Source: Clostridiaceae bacterium (GTDB taxonomy: Bacteria; Bacillota; Clostridia; Oscillospirales; Acutalibacteraceae). Taken from it: a DNA stretch of 64,000 nucleotides. The DNA lies in NCBI GenBank assembly GCA_904501755.1, contig CAJGBV010000004.1, forward strand, positions 13,209 to 77,208, written 5' to 3'. The number at the start of each line of letters is the position of its first letter. Positions within the stretch are counted from its first letter, which is position 1. The position numbers and the translations under genes were made by a program. Below the pieces are notes generated by a model. The model saw nothing but the letters and a program-made list of their open reading frames with translations. It was not told the DNA's origin and did no database searches. Shown here piece after piece: positions 35,035-44,599 of this stretch.

Positions 35035-35832
35035 ATGCTATATATATTACTTTTTATTCTCTTGTCCTGTTGTGTTTTTTTGTTTCTTATCTTCCCTGCC
35101 ACAAGAAAGCACAGTGACAGAAATGTTTTAAACGGACTTTATATTGCACACAGAGGACTTCACGACATTGCAAAGGGCATCCCCGAAAATTCCATTCCCG
35201 CCTTTAAGGAGGCTGTAAAGCAGGGCTTTGCAATTGAGATTGATATACACCTTACAAAAGACGCTAAGGTTGTGGTTTTCCACGATGATGATATGAAGCG
35301 TATGTGCTCTCTTGACAGAAAAATAAAGGATATGACTCTTGAGGAAATCAAGGCTCTCAGACTGCTCAGCACTCTCTATACCGCCCCTACCCTAAAGGAA
35401 TGTCTTTCGGCAATTGACGGCAAGGTGCCATTGCTTATTGAGTTTAAGTATGACGGCAACTCAAAGGCTCTTTGTGAACAAGCTAATAAAATTTTGTCGG
35501 AATATAACGGCAAATACTTTGTGCAGTCCTTTTATCCCCAAAATCTTTACTGGTACAAAAAGCACAGAAAGGACGTTTGCCGAGGACAGCTCTCCTGTGC
35601 CTTTAAGGGAGAAGCCTTTTATAAAAAGCTTTCAGGCTGTCTGCTGTTTAATTTTCTGTCCCGCCCCGATTTTGTTTCCTATGACCATAGGGATGAAAAG
35701 CATCTGTGTCGCAGACTGGTAACAAAGCTCGGTACTTTCCCTGTAGGTTGGACCTTTACACAACAGGAAGAAATTGATAAAAACAAAAAGCATTTTCGAA
35801 CCTACATATTCGAAAATTTTATACCGAAATAA
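35035..35832 (+). CDS. Glycerophosphodiester phosphodiesterase family protein
   Basis: It has an N-terminal TM helix and the GDPD motifs AHRGL, ENS and EIDIHLTKD. Confidence 0.8.
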   Translation: MLYILLFILLSCCVFLFLIFPATRKHSDRNVLNGLYIAHRGLHDIAKGIPENSIPAFKEAVKQGFAIEIDIHLTKDAKVVVFHDDDMKRMCSLDRKIKDMTLEEIKALRLLSTLYTAPTLKECLSAIDGKVPLLIEFKYDGNSKALCEQANKILSEYNGKYFVQSFYPQNLYWYKKHRKDVCRGQLSCAFKGEAFYKKLSGCLLFNFLSRPDFVSYDHRDEKHLCRRLVTKLGTFPVGWTFTQQEEIDKNKKHFRTYIFENFIPK

Positions 35833-35837
35833 AAATA

Positions 35838-35876
35838 CACCGCGTATTCTAAAAGGAATACGCGGTGCTGATTTTT
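35838..35876. terminator. Bidirectional intrinsic terminator between convergent genes
   Basis: Hairpin CACCGCGTATTC / GAATACGCGGTG has flanking A and T runs. Confidence 0.8.
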
Positions 35877-35878
35877 AA

Positions 35879-38065
35879 TTACTCACCTGCAAGGGTTAAT
35901 TTAAGCTGTGCCATATCTGTTGTTTCCACTGCACCGTTTCCGTCAACATCAGCGCTTGCTTCACTGAAATCTTCCATTTTCACTCCTGCAAGATAAAGCT
36001 TTAAAATGGCTAAATCAGAAATATTTACAATTCCGTCATTATTGCAGTCACCTGCCAGCTTATTTACAAATGTGATACTGCCCTCAAACATATATCCGCC
36101 GTAAACAAAGTATACCGTCTGCTCACCTGCTACAGTGTTATCATATCCTAAAATCGAAAGCTCTCCCGTGTCAAGCTCTTCGCTTTCACCGCTATAATAA
36201 GTTACGGTCATTTTTCCGCCTGAAAGGTCAGGCTCGGCACCTATATTATACACTGTGCTTTGGGGCTGCTGTGTAATTTCCACACTCTGTGCTCCTGCAA
36301 CAGAGCAAACCGAAACCTGTGGATAATCATATCCGCTGACACTGCTCAGCCACCACACATTTTCAAAATCAAAGCCTTCATATGACTCTTTGTTTTTCAT
36401 TTCTCCATCAGTAAGACTTGTAACGCCATCTATCTCATTGACGTCAAAATTTTCATATATACCATTGGTTACTATGTCATAGTAATAATTATTCTTGAAA
36501 ATTCCGCCGTTATTTACTCCTGCTATTCCACCCACAAATTCGTTTGCAGAATACGGAACTGCTATGCTATAACAATTTTCTACTGACATAAACTGTCCAT
36601 CCTCTGACTGAGCAAAGGAATTAACAGATGCCACAATACCTGCCGCATAGTCACCGCTTTGTGCCGCGGCATCATAATTTTCAGCATAAGAGCCTACATA
36701 GCCAAGATTATAGCAGTCACTTATACAGCTTTCGGTTATCTCTGCCGCTATACCGCCGGCAAAAGCCTCATAGCTGTCAGAATAAGACACAACCTCACCT
36801 GCATTATAGCAACCGCCAATAACGGTATTGCCTGCAGCATAACCTGCTATACCGCCACTTGCTACTCCGTAAAGAACACCAAGGTCGGTCTGCTCCTGCA
36901 AAACACTGCCATAGCCAACTACACCAAGATTTGCACAGGTGACAATCTGTGCATTATTTGCAACACCTGCTATACCGCCTGTAACATATCCGCTTACAGC
37001 ACCTAAATTATAGCAAAATCCTATCGTAGAGCCTTCATTACTTATACCTGTAATTCCGCCTGAATAAGCCTGTTCGCCCGTAGGATAAATGTATATAAAG
37101 CTACTGTTAATACAGTTTAAAATCTGACCGCAGTTCTCCCCGGCAACTGTGCCCACATAAGAGCCGTCACCGCAAAGCGAAATAACGCTACCGCTGACAG
37201 AACAGTTTACTATATTTCCTGTGTTTTTACCAACCAAACCGCCTAAATTAGCAGCACAGTCTGAATAAGCTATAGCACTAAGATTTTCGAAAGAAAGATT
37301 ACTTATATTACCGCTGTTGTTTCTGAAAAGACCTATATTAACGGTATAGGCAGAACTTGATGAGCTGTATTCATAGTAAAACTCAAGTCCCGAAACAGTA
37401 TATCCGTTACCGTTTAGAGTTCCGCTGAAGCTGTCAAAGGGAATAAAGCCGTTTTCCTCATTATAAAAGGTACCGCCCTCTGCAAAATCAGACTCGGTAA
37501 AGGTAATATTATTTAAAAGAGAAAAATGTGCAGAAGGATATTTTCTTATATTATTAAAATGCGCTGTGCCTGAAATAAGGTAGGGGTCAGTCTCAGTTCC
37601 ACTACCTCCCGCAAAATCAGTAACATTTTCTTGTACTATTTTTAACTTATAGGAGGAAGGCATAACATAGTACTCTGAGGTACCGTCTGAACAATTACCG
37701 CTAAGACTAACCAGAGCGTCACCCTCTGCTATCACCTTAAAAATATACTCTTCAGAGAAACGGTCACTGTTTCCTGTAGTCAGAAAATCAATAGAGCCGT
37801 CTTTTGCATTAGATGTGAAGTCGCCGCCCGCAGATATATACTTAAGCTTTGAGCTATCATATTTTAGAGTTCCCTCTATTGCCTGCATTTTAGAGCTAAA
37901 TTTAAAAGTAACTGTCACAGTAATTATGCTATTCACCTTAGGTGTTTCATTTGTTACCCCTATTGTAGAGTTGGCAGTAAATGCACTTACATTAATCACC
38001 AGTGCACACATTACAACCGACATTACTACAACTAATGCAGCTAATGTTTTAAAAAACTTTTTCAT
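35879..38065 (-). CDS. Secreted protein with a cohesin-like module, GLUG-motif repeats and a C-terminal type I dockerin
   Basis: The N-terminal module is paralogous to that of 27289..28764. Many GG(I/L)(A/V/T)G repeats are present. The dockerin motifs are DCNNDGIVNISDLAILKLYLAG and DVDGNGAVETTDMAQLKLTLAG. Confidence 0.7.
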   Translation of the reverse strand: MKKFFKTLAALVVVMSVVMCALVINVSAFTANSTIGVTNETPKVNSIITVTVTFKFSSKMQAIEGTLKYDSSKLKYISAGGDFTSNAKDGSIDFLTTGNSDRFSEEYIFKVIAEGDALVSLSGNCSDGTSEYYVMPSSYKLKIVQENVTDFAGGSGTETDPYLISGTAHFNNIRKYPSAHFSLLNNITFTESDFAEGGTFYNEENGFIPFDSFSGTLNGNGYTVSGLEFYYEYSSSSSAYTVNIGLFRNNSGNISNLSFENLSAIAYSDCAANLGGLVGKNTGNIVNCSVSGSVISLCGDGSYVGTVAGENCGQILNCINSSFIYIYPTGEQAYSGGITGISNEGSTIGFCYNLGAVSGYVTGGIAGVANNAQIVTCANLGVVGYGSVLQEQTDLGVLYGVASGGIAGYAAGNTVIGGCYNAGEVVSYSDSYEAFAGGIAAEITESCISDCYNLGYVGSYAENYDAAAQSGDYAAGIVASVNSFAQSEDGQFMSVENCYSIAVPYSANEFVGGIAGVNNGGIFKNNYYYDIVTNGIYENFDVNEIDGVTSLTDGEMKNKESYEGFDFENVWWLSSVSGYDYPQVSVCSVAGAQSVEITQQPQSTVYNIGAEPDLSGGKMTVTYYSGESEELDTGELSILGYDNTVAGEQTVYFVYGGYMFEGSITFVNKLAGDCNNDGIVNISDLAILKLYLAGVKMEDFSEASADVDGNGAVETTDMAQLKLTLAGE
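37637..37996 (-). repeat. Paralogous coding module (cohesin-like), copy 2
   Basis: See 28315..28674. Confidence 0.8.
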
Positions 38066-38095
38066 ATACAGACCTCCTGTTTTTTATTTAATTTT

Positions 38096-38104
38096 ATTAT
38101 ACCA
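38096..38104 (-). promoter_or_regulatory. Extended -10 element (TGGTATAAT) upstream of the GLUG/dockerin gene
   Basis: The minus strand reads TGGTATAAT about 30 nt upstream of the ATG at 38065. The -35 element is weak. Confidence 0.4.
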
Positions 38105-38120
38105 CATTTTCCCTTATATT

Positions 38121-38149
38121 AAAAGAAAAAATCCTGAGTGACTCAGGAT
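38121..38149 (-). terminator. Intrinsic terminator overlapping the DMT gene stop codon
   Basis: The minus strand carries hairpin ATCCTGAG / CTCAGGAT followed by TTTTTCTTTT. Confidence 0.65.
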
Positions 38150-39069
38150 TTTAACTTTCTAATCTTTGGCGAGGGTAACTGTGCCAGAACAATTGCGGCA
38201 AACATTATTATACAGCCTATTATTTCCCTGCCTGTCATTTTATCGCCGAACAAGGCTCCGCCTATAAGTGCGAACACAGATTCAAAGCTCATAGCAATAG
38301 AAGCAAGGGTTGGATTATCGCACATCTGCTGACCGACTATCTGCAGAGTGTATGCAACGCCACTGCTCATTACTCCCAAATACAGTATGGGAAGTGCCGC
38401 TGACAATATAGAAGATAAAGACGGTTTTTCAAATATAAACATAAGCACGGTAGAAAGCACACCACATACAAAAAACTGAATACATGACAGTTTTACAGAG
38501 TCAACCTTGCTTCCCAAGGTATCAACGCTTAGTATATGACAGGAGAAAGAAACAGCACACACCAGCATTACAACGTCCCCTGCGTATATTCCGCTTATTC
38601 CCTCACTAAAGCAAAGCAAATACAGACCTGCTACTGCAATAAAAACACCTGCCCACACTGTAACAGACGGTTTTTTGCGCATAAAAATTTCAAGTATAGG
38701 CACAAAAAGTATATACATAGCAGTAAGAAAGCCTGCTCTTGCACTTACCGCCGTATCGGCGGGATAAGCGGCAATTCCAAATTGCTGAAAATTAACGGCA
38801 ACACAGAGAAAAACACCGCATACCGTACCCGTTATTAACAACTTTTTTGAATCGGCCTTTGTTTTTGGAACCAGAGTTTCCTTTTTCTTTTTAGAAACAA
38901 CCGCCGCAACAGGAATGAGAGCAAAGCTACCCACAAAGGAACGTACCGCATTAAGTGTAAAAGGCTCAATCCCCTCAGCATTGGCAATATCCTGTGCAAC
39001 AAAAGCAAGTCCCCATATAACTGCCGCCAAAAGTAATACTAAACTACCTTTGAAATTATTTTTCTTCAT
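38143..39069 (-). CDS. DMT (EamA-type) family transporter
   Basis: I moved the start to ATG 39069 (MKKNNFKGSLVLLLAAVIWGLAFVAQ). It is a 10-TM EamA-like sequence. Confidence 0.8.
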   Translation of the reverse strand: MKKNNFKGSLVLLLAAVIWGLAFVAQDIANAEGIEPFTLNAVRSFVGSFALIPVAAVVSKKKKETLVPKTKADSKKLLITGTVCGVFLCVAVNFQQFGIAAYPADTAVSARAGFLTAMYILFVPILEIFMRKKPSVTVWAGVFIAVAGLYLLCFSEGISGIYAGDVVMLVCAVSFSCHILSVDTLGSKVDSVKLSCIQFFVCGVLSTVLMFIFEKPSLSSILSAALPILYLGVMSSGVAYTLQIVGQQMCDNPTLASIAMSFESVFALIGGALFGDKMTGREIIGCIIMFAAIVLAQLPSPKIRKLKS

Positions 39070-39218
39070 ATCAGTCACCCAAATATAATGTAGCATATTT
39101 TATAGAAATATAGTATAATAGTTAAATAAACAACAATCATTATAATTAAGAAACTAAAAAAAATCAAGCCATTTTATCATTAAGTATAAGCCTTATATAG
39201 TCACTATGATAAACTTTC

Positions 39219-39247
39219 TTGACAATGCTTAAATATAGTCATAAAAT
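39219..39247 (+). promoter_or_regulatory. Sigma-A promoter of nadE
   Basis: TTGACA, a 17-nt spacer, then TAAAAT. Confidence 0.6.
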
Positions 39248-39278
39248 AGATACATAACAATCCGAAAGGAAGAAAAAT

Positions 39279-41129
39279 ATGAAACACGGATTTATTAAGG
39301 TTGGCACAGGCTGTATAAAAACACACCTTGCCGATACTCAGGCAAATGCACAGGAAATTATAAAGCTTATAAAAGAAGCAGACCAAAAAGGTGTAAAGCT
39401 TCTTGCCCTTCCTGAGCTTTGCATAACCGGAGCTTCCATTGGGGATTTATTTTATAACACAGCTCTTTTAAAGGGATCACTAAATGCCCTCCAAAAAATC
39501 ACCGAGGAAACCTCCCACACCGATATAACCTTTACTGTGGGTATTCCTCTTATGCTCAGCGGTAAGCTTTATAACTGCGTAGCAGTAGTAAACAGCGGTG
39601 AAATATTAGGCGTTGTGCCATGTGAAAAGCACAGCGATATTTTTGCTGTTAACAATTCACTAAGCGTTATTACCCTGCTCTCCCGCACAGTTCCCTTTGG
39701 AAATGACATTGTTTTCCGACATAGTCAGCTTGAGAATTTCTCCTTCTGTGTTGCTGTTGGCGAAAATGCCGATACCCTAAATAATGCCGTAATTAAAATT
39801 AATCCTGTCGCTTCTGTGGAAACTGTGGGCAAGGCAGAAAAGAGAAAACTTCTTGCCAAAGCCGACTCTCTTACCAATATATGCGGTATTCTTTATGCCT
39901 CTTGCGGTGATGGCGAGTCCACCACCGACGCGGTTTATTCAGGCCATCTCATAATCAGCGAAAACGGAAAAATTTTATGTAAAAACAAGCCTATGGATAA
40001 ATGCAGACTTATTGTCAGTGAAATTGATGTAGATATGCTTTGCGGTGAGCGTAGTAAAGACAGTGACTTTTATTCAGGTGAAGAATACACAGTTTATTTT
40101 CAGTGCAAAACAGAGGAAACTTCTCTTACAAGAAAGGTAAGAGAAAATCCCTTTATTCCCGAAAATAAGCCGGAGCTTGAAAGCCGAATAGAAACTATTC
40201 TTAATTTACAGGCTACCGCACTTGCAAGAAGAATAGAACACACCTGTGCAAAAACCGTTGTTATGGGCATTTCGGGTGGACTTGACAGCACCCTTGCACT
40301 GCTTGTTTGCGTAAAGGCTATGGATAGTCTTAACCGCCCCCGTACCGACGTTATTGCCGTTACAATGCCCTGCTTTGGAACAACAGCACGAACAAAATCC
40401 AATGCCGTGCTACTTTGTGAGAAACTTAAAGTAACCTTAAAGGAAATAGATATAACAACAGCTGTTCGTCAGCATTTTGCCGATATTGGACACAATGAAG
40501 CCAATACAGATGTCACCTATGAAAACAGTCAGGCAAGAGAGAGAACTCAGGTGCTTATGGACATTGCAGGCGAGTTTGGAGGCTTTGTTGTTGGTACAGG
40601 AGATATTTCAGAGCTTTCTCTTGGCTGGGCTACCTATAACGGCGACCATATGTCAATGTACTCGGTTAACGGTGGTATCCCCAAAACTCTTATGCGCTGT
40701 ATTGTAAATTATGTAGCACAAAACAGCAACGAAGGTCTTGCAAAGGTGCTTTTTGACATTCTCGATACCCCTGTTTCCCCTGAACTTCTGCCCATAGATA
40801 ACAAGGGCGAAATTTCACAGAAAACCGAAGACCTTGTAGGCCCTTACGAGCTTCACGACTTCTTCCTTTACTATATGTGCCGTTATGGTTTTTCTCCCGA
40901 GAAAATCTACCGACTGTGTAGCTACGCTATGGCTGATAAATATAGCGACGAAGTGATAAAAAAATGGCTGAAAATCTTTATGCGCCGTTTCTTTTCACAA
41001 CAGTTCAAACGTTCCTGTATTCCTGACGGAGTAAAAGTCGGCTCTGTTTCTCTTTCACCGAGAGGCGACTGGCAGATGCCAAGCGACGCTTTAAGCACAT
41101 TATGGTTAAACGAAGCTGAAAATTTATAA
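39279..41129 (+). CDS. nadE: Glutamine-dependent NAD(+) synthetase (long form)
   Basis: It has an N-terminal CN-hydrolase-like domain plus the PP-loop GISGGLDSTL, at 616 aa. Confidence 0.9.
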   Translation: MKHGFIKVGTGCIKTHLADTQANAQEIIKLIKEADQKGVKLLALPELCITGASIGDLFYNTALLKGSLNALQKITEETSHTDITFTVGIPLMLSGKLYNCVAVVNSGEILGVVPCEKHSDIFAVNNSLSVITLLSRTVPFGNDIVFRHSQLENFSFCVAVGENADTLNNAVIKINPVASVETVGKAEKRKLLAKADSLTNICGILYASCGDGESTTDAVYSGHLIISENGKILCKNKPMDKCRLIVSEIDVDMLCGERSKDSDFYSGEEYTVYFQCKTEETSLTRKVRENPFIPENKPELESRIETILNLQATALARRIEHTCAKTVVMGISGGLDSTLALLVCVKAMDSLNRPRTDVIAVTMPCFGTTARTKSNAVLLCEKLKVTLKEIDITTAVRQHFADIGHNEANTDVTYENSQARERTQVLMDIAGEFGGFVVGTGDISELSLGWATYNGDHMSMYSVNGGIPKTLMRCIVNYVAQNSNEGLAKVLFDILDTPVSPELLPIDNKGEISQKTEDLVGPYELHDFFLYYMCRYGFSPEKIYRLCSYAMADKYSDEVIKKWLKIFMRRFFSQQFKRSCIPDGVKVGSVSLSPRGDWQMPSDALSTLWLNEAENL

Positions 41130-41196
41130 TTTACAGTTTGCCTTTCACATTCTTTTGTGTTACAATTAGTAAAATATGTTAAGGAGAATTATGCGG

Positions 41197-41952
41197 ATGA
41201 AAAAATGCGGCAAAAGTAGAAAGTTTTCTTTTTCTTTAAATCTCGGCTATAATTCAAAAGCGGCTATTTTCACTCTTGGATTTGTATTTTTATACTTAAT
41301 AGCCGAAATAGTTTATAAAATTAAAGTCGAAAGACAGACTTGTACTTGGGAAATAATACTGCTTTTCCTCATTTTTTCTGTTTATGAGGTATTCAAAAAA
41401 CTGTTTTCAAAAGGTGAGCTGCCTAAAGATATTAGCGGCAAGCCACTGCCTTTCTCAGACTCTGTTAAAGATAAAAAAGCACGAAACAGTTTCTACAAAA
41501 AAAGTGCACTGCTTTATACCGTTATTTTCGGTGTAACAACAACCCTTGCATTTTCCTGCAGTTCTTTACTTAGCAATGTAAATATCGGTTCAGAGTTGTT
41601 TTTCGATTTTGAAATGCCCAATATTCTTTTTTCAATGTTGGTCGCTCTTATATTTATGCCCATAGTATACATTTTTGCTTACATAATAGAGTTTCTGTGG
41701 CATGAATATAAAATTTCTCTATACAACGAGCTTCTTGCTATAAAGGAAGAACAGGCAAAAAAAGAGCGTGAACTTTTACTTGCCGTTCAGCAAGAGGTTA
41801 AATCGTCTGATGTAACCCCTGCACCTAAACGCAGAGGCAGACCGCCAAAAGCCACAACAGAAGCTAATGAAGAAAATGAAGCCGCAGCAGAAAAAGCGAC
41901 GCCAAAAAGAAGAGGCAGACCGCCAAAAGCAACACAAGAAAAAAGTGAATAA
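41197..41952 (+). CDS. Polytopic membrane protein with two C-terminal AT-hook-like repeats
   Basis: The ORF track gives 41176..41952. The start is probably ATG 41197. It has four hydrophobic helices and a coiled-coil-like segment. The sequence PKRRGRPPKAT occurs twice, encoded by an identical 20-nt repeat at 41833-41852 and 41911-41930. Confidence 0.65.
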   Translation: MKKCGKSRKFSFSLNLGYNSKAAIFTLGFVFLYLIAEIVYKIKVERQTCTWEIILLFLIFSVYEVFKKLFSKGELPKDISGKPLPFSDSVKDKKARNSFYKKSALLYTVIFGVTTTLAFSCSSLLSNVNIGSELFFDFEMPNILFSMLVALIFMPIVYIFAYIIEFLWHEYKISLYNELLAIKEEQAKKERELLLAVQQEVKSSDVTPAPKRRGRPPKATTEANEENEAAAEKATPKRRGRPPKATQEKSE

Positions 41953-41974
41953 CAGATAAAAATCACCCGAATTA

Positions 41975-43042
41975 TTATTCGGGTGATTTTTCTATTTTGG
42001 TATAAAAAACTTCCATAACAAGCTCTAAAAGCTTTTCATCATCAGGATAAAATTCAGCGAATCCATCCGCTCCGACTATCTGCTCTCCTTCTATCTGTTT
42101 GAACTCTAAAGAAACCTGTTCCTCATTTTTCAAAACCGAAGTAGCAAGATAGGTAACCCGCCCTGCATCAAGGTCGGTAACTGCATTTTTAACAACTTTA
42201 TTATAAAGCTTTACGGGGAAAAGAAAATCCGATTTTGATTTTTCGATTACGGCAGATGTATATTTTTTTAGGTAGTCAAGCTGTCTTTCAAGGCGTAAAA
42301 CACTGGCATCCACAGTTTCGTTGTTTCTCGACTGAAGATACCCAAAAACGTTGCCTCCTGTCAGCTTAATTTTCTCTCCCTTGTTAAAGTTAATAACACA
42401 GCTTCCTGTTATGTCTTCATTTGCTATAACAGTTATAGTTCCTACTGCATTATGAAGAGTCGCTATAGACTTCTCATCCACTGCAAAATAAGAGTTTACG
42501 GGCATACCGTAAAGAAGCCTTGAAACCGATTTGGCAGTGTTTTGGGCACTTTCAGTTTTTCCGTCACCATACGCATAAGCTAGGCATATCTGCGTTTTTT
42601 CGGTTCCTACAAAGCTTCCCGATGTTGCATATAAATCCACATCGGTAATTATATCTCTTGGAATTCCTATAACAGTAGTTTTTCCCGTCGAGGTATCTAC
42701 GGCAATTAAATAAAGTGCGTCGGCTTGTCCCGCCCGTCCTACAACAAAGGCTCCGCCGCTCTTCTCCTTTTCATTATCAATTCCCATACAAAGCGCGGTG
42801 GTAATGTTGCTGTTAAACTTATACTTGCCACCATTGTATTCAATAGTATCGTCATCCTGATTCTTAGTTGCATCGCTATTTGTCAGAGCAACATCGTTCT
42901 GTGTCATATTAAGTTTACCATTATACCACACCGAAGCGGCAGCTATCGCTACTGCAAGTATAACAGCCAATAGACTTCCCGCAGCCAACAATACAATTTT
43001 TGTGGACTTTTTCATTTTCTTTTTATTTTGTAAGCTGGTCAT
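41975..43042 (-). CDS. LCP (LytR-CpsA-Psr) family glycopolymer transferase
   Basis: It has an N-terminal TM helix and the LCP core ALYLIAVDTSTGKTTVIGIPRD. The start may be ATG 43015 instead. Confidence 0.8.
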   Translation of the reverse strand: MTSLQNKKKMKKSTKIVLLAAGSLLAVILAVAIAAASVWYNGKLNMTQNDVALTNSDATKNQDDDTIEYNGGKYKFNSNITTALCMGIDNEKEKSGGAFVVGRAGQADALYLIAVDTSTGKTTVIGIPRDIITDVDLYATSGSFVGTEKTQICLAYAYGDGKTESAQNTAKSVSRLLYGMPVNSYFAVDEKSIATLHNAVGTITVIANEDITGSCVINFNKGEKIKLTGGNVFGYLQSRNNETVDASVLRLERQLDYLKKYTSAVIEKSKSDFLFPVKLYNKVVKNAVTDLDAGRVTYLATSVLKNEEQVSLEFKQIEGEQIVGADGFAEFYPDDEKLLELVMEVFYTKIEKSPE

Positions 43043-43781
43043 TAATTAAAACTCCCTGAACCAAATATCTGTAATCGTCATCATTTATACAGGTGCTCAA
43101 TGTTATAATCCTGTCGTTTTCCGTTACCTGAGTTTCACTTCTTACATTAACCATAGTGGATTTTGGATTTTTAGTCATTTCAATATATTCCTTGAAAACT
43201 TCCTTGTCATCATAGTTATAGGAATAAAGCAAATGTCTTGCATCAAATTTATATGCAGCATAAATCTCATAGGTCAAAATATGACCGGGTGTATAAATGT
43301 AAATATACTTATTAGCTTCAAAAAAATCTTTATTACGGAACTTATGAAGTGCCTTAAACATCGTGCCGTTCTTCATATTATGACCGTAAATAACAGTATT
43401 GGGGTCGGTAAAATCCTTACTGTTAAGCTTTTGGGTATAAATACAGCCTGCAAATTCATATTCTCCATCAATATTGTGGTTAAGATAAAAATTTTCGGGC
43501 TTATCCCCGCTTTGAAGAATAGGATAATCAACCTTAGTGTCCGGAATTCTTATCCAGGCATATACATCCTCATTCTTAGCTTGAAGTGTTGCAAAATCAA
43601 TAGGATTATCCACAAGCACTACTTCAGGCTCAGAGGATTGGCTGACGGTAGAAGAATTATCCATCACCGGTGCGGGCTTGGGAGCGAAATAAGGGTAAAT
43701 CAGATATCCAACCAACAAAAGCAAAGCAACTACACTTATAGTAATACCAACAGTAAATAGTATTTTTCGCTTTTTGCTCAT
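43023..43781 (-). CDS. srtB: Class B sortase
   Basis: I moved the start to ATG 43781 (AGGAG upstream). It has a TM anchor, the motif VIYGHNMKNGTMF and the catalytic motif TLSTC. Confidence 0.8.
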   Translation of the reverse strand: MSKKRKILFTVGITISVVALLLLVGYLIYPYFAPKPAPVMDNSSTVSQSSEPEVVLVDNPIDFATLQAKNEDVYAWIRIPDTKVDYPILQSGDKPENFYLNHNIDGEYEFAGCIYTQKLNSKDFTDPNTVIYGHNMKNGTMFKALHKFRNKDFFEANKYIYIYTPGHILTYEIYAAYKFDARHLLYSYNYDDKEVFKEYIEMTKNPKSTMVNVRSETQVTENDRIITLSTCINDDDYRYLVQGVLINDQLTK

Positions 43782-43839
43782 TTCTTTCACTCCTTTTCTT
43801 TGAAAGTATATCATATTTATAAATATGTGTCAAATGTAT

Positions 43840-43873
43840 AAAAAAATACCTGTCCTCACGGACAGGTATTTTT
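43840..43873. terminator. Bidirectional intrinsic terminator after the sortase-substrate gene
   Basis: Hairpin ATACCTGTCC / GGACAGGTAT has flanking A and T runs. Confidence 0.8.
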
Positions 43874-43883
43874 GAAGTTTTAA

Positions 43884-44459
43884 TTAGTTGAATGCACGCT
43901 TAGAAGCAACAGCAAGAGCTGCACCTGCCATAACGAACATAATAAGTGTAGCTACAACAGAAAGATTTACGCTTTCTCCTGTAAGAGGATTAACGGTATC
44001 CTTAGGAACATTGAACTCGATGTCAACGCCTTCATAAGCCTCGGAAACATAAACTGTATCGGAAAGAGGCTTAATAACTACATTAAGATAAGCACCGTTC
44101 TTAGAAACGATTTCGCCCTTTTCAATAACATAGTCTGTACCCTCAACAGCCTTTGAACCGTCAGGCAAGGTTACGCTTACGATTTCATAATCAGTTCCTG
44201 CAAGAGCGGGAGACTTATTGGGCTTATAGAACTTCCAACCCTCGAAATCACGGCTTTCATTTTGAACAGGCTTAAGAGCAATGGTTCCATCCTTCTGAAC
44301 GGTTACACGGTCAGCAACCTCAGAGTTTTTTCCTTCGTTGGTTCTGTTAACGATAACCTCATGATACTCGGTACCGCCGGCACTCTTAAGAGCAAAAGCA
44401 GAAACAGAGAATGTGAAAATCAAAGCAACAGTAAGGATAAGTGCAAATATTTTCTTCAT
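43884..44459 (-). CDS. Secreted protein with a C-terminal NPLTG sorting signal (putative sortase B substrate)
   Basis: It has a signal peptide. The C-terminus is VNPLTGE, then a hydrophobic stretch, then a KR tail. Confidence 0.7.
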   Translation of the reverse strand: MKKIFALILTVALIFTFSVSAFALKSAGGTEYHEVIVNRTNEGKNSEVADRVTVQKDGTIALKPVQNESRDFEGWKFYKPNKSPALAGTDYEIVSVTLPDGSKAVEGTDYVIEKGEIVSKNGAYLNVVIKPLSDTVYVSEAYEGVDIEFNVPKDTVNPLTGESVNLSVVATLIMFVMAGAALAVASKRAFN

Positions 44460-44599
44460 GATTACTCCTCCAAAAATAAATTAGACATTATTAGTTGTAA
44501 CCATTATATCACCACTTTTTTAAAATGTAAAGTGTTTTATTGATTTTTTAAAAAATTTTTTATTGATTATTTTTTTAAGTGATGTAAAATATCTATGAG

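Noticed and set aside
44535-44568. Direct repeat TTTTATTGATT (two copies, 23 bp apart) upstream of birA. I considered a BirA operator.
   Set aside because: It is very AT-rich, low-complexity sequence where such repeats arise by chance. This BirA lacks the HTH domain needed for operator binding.
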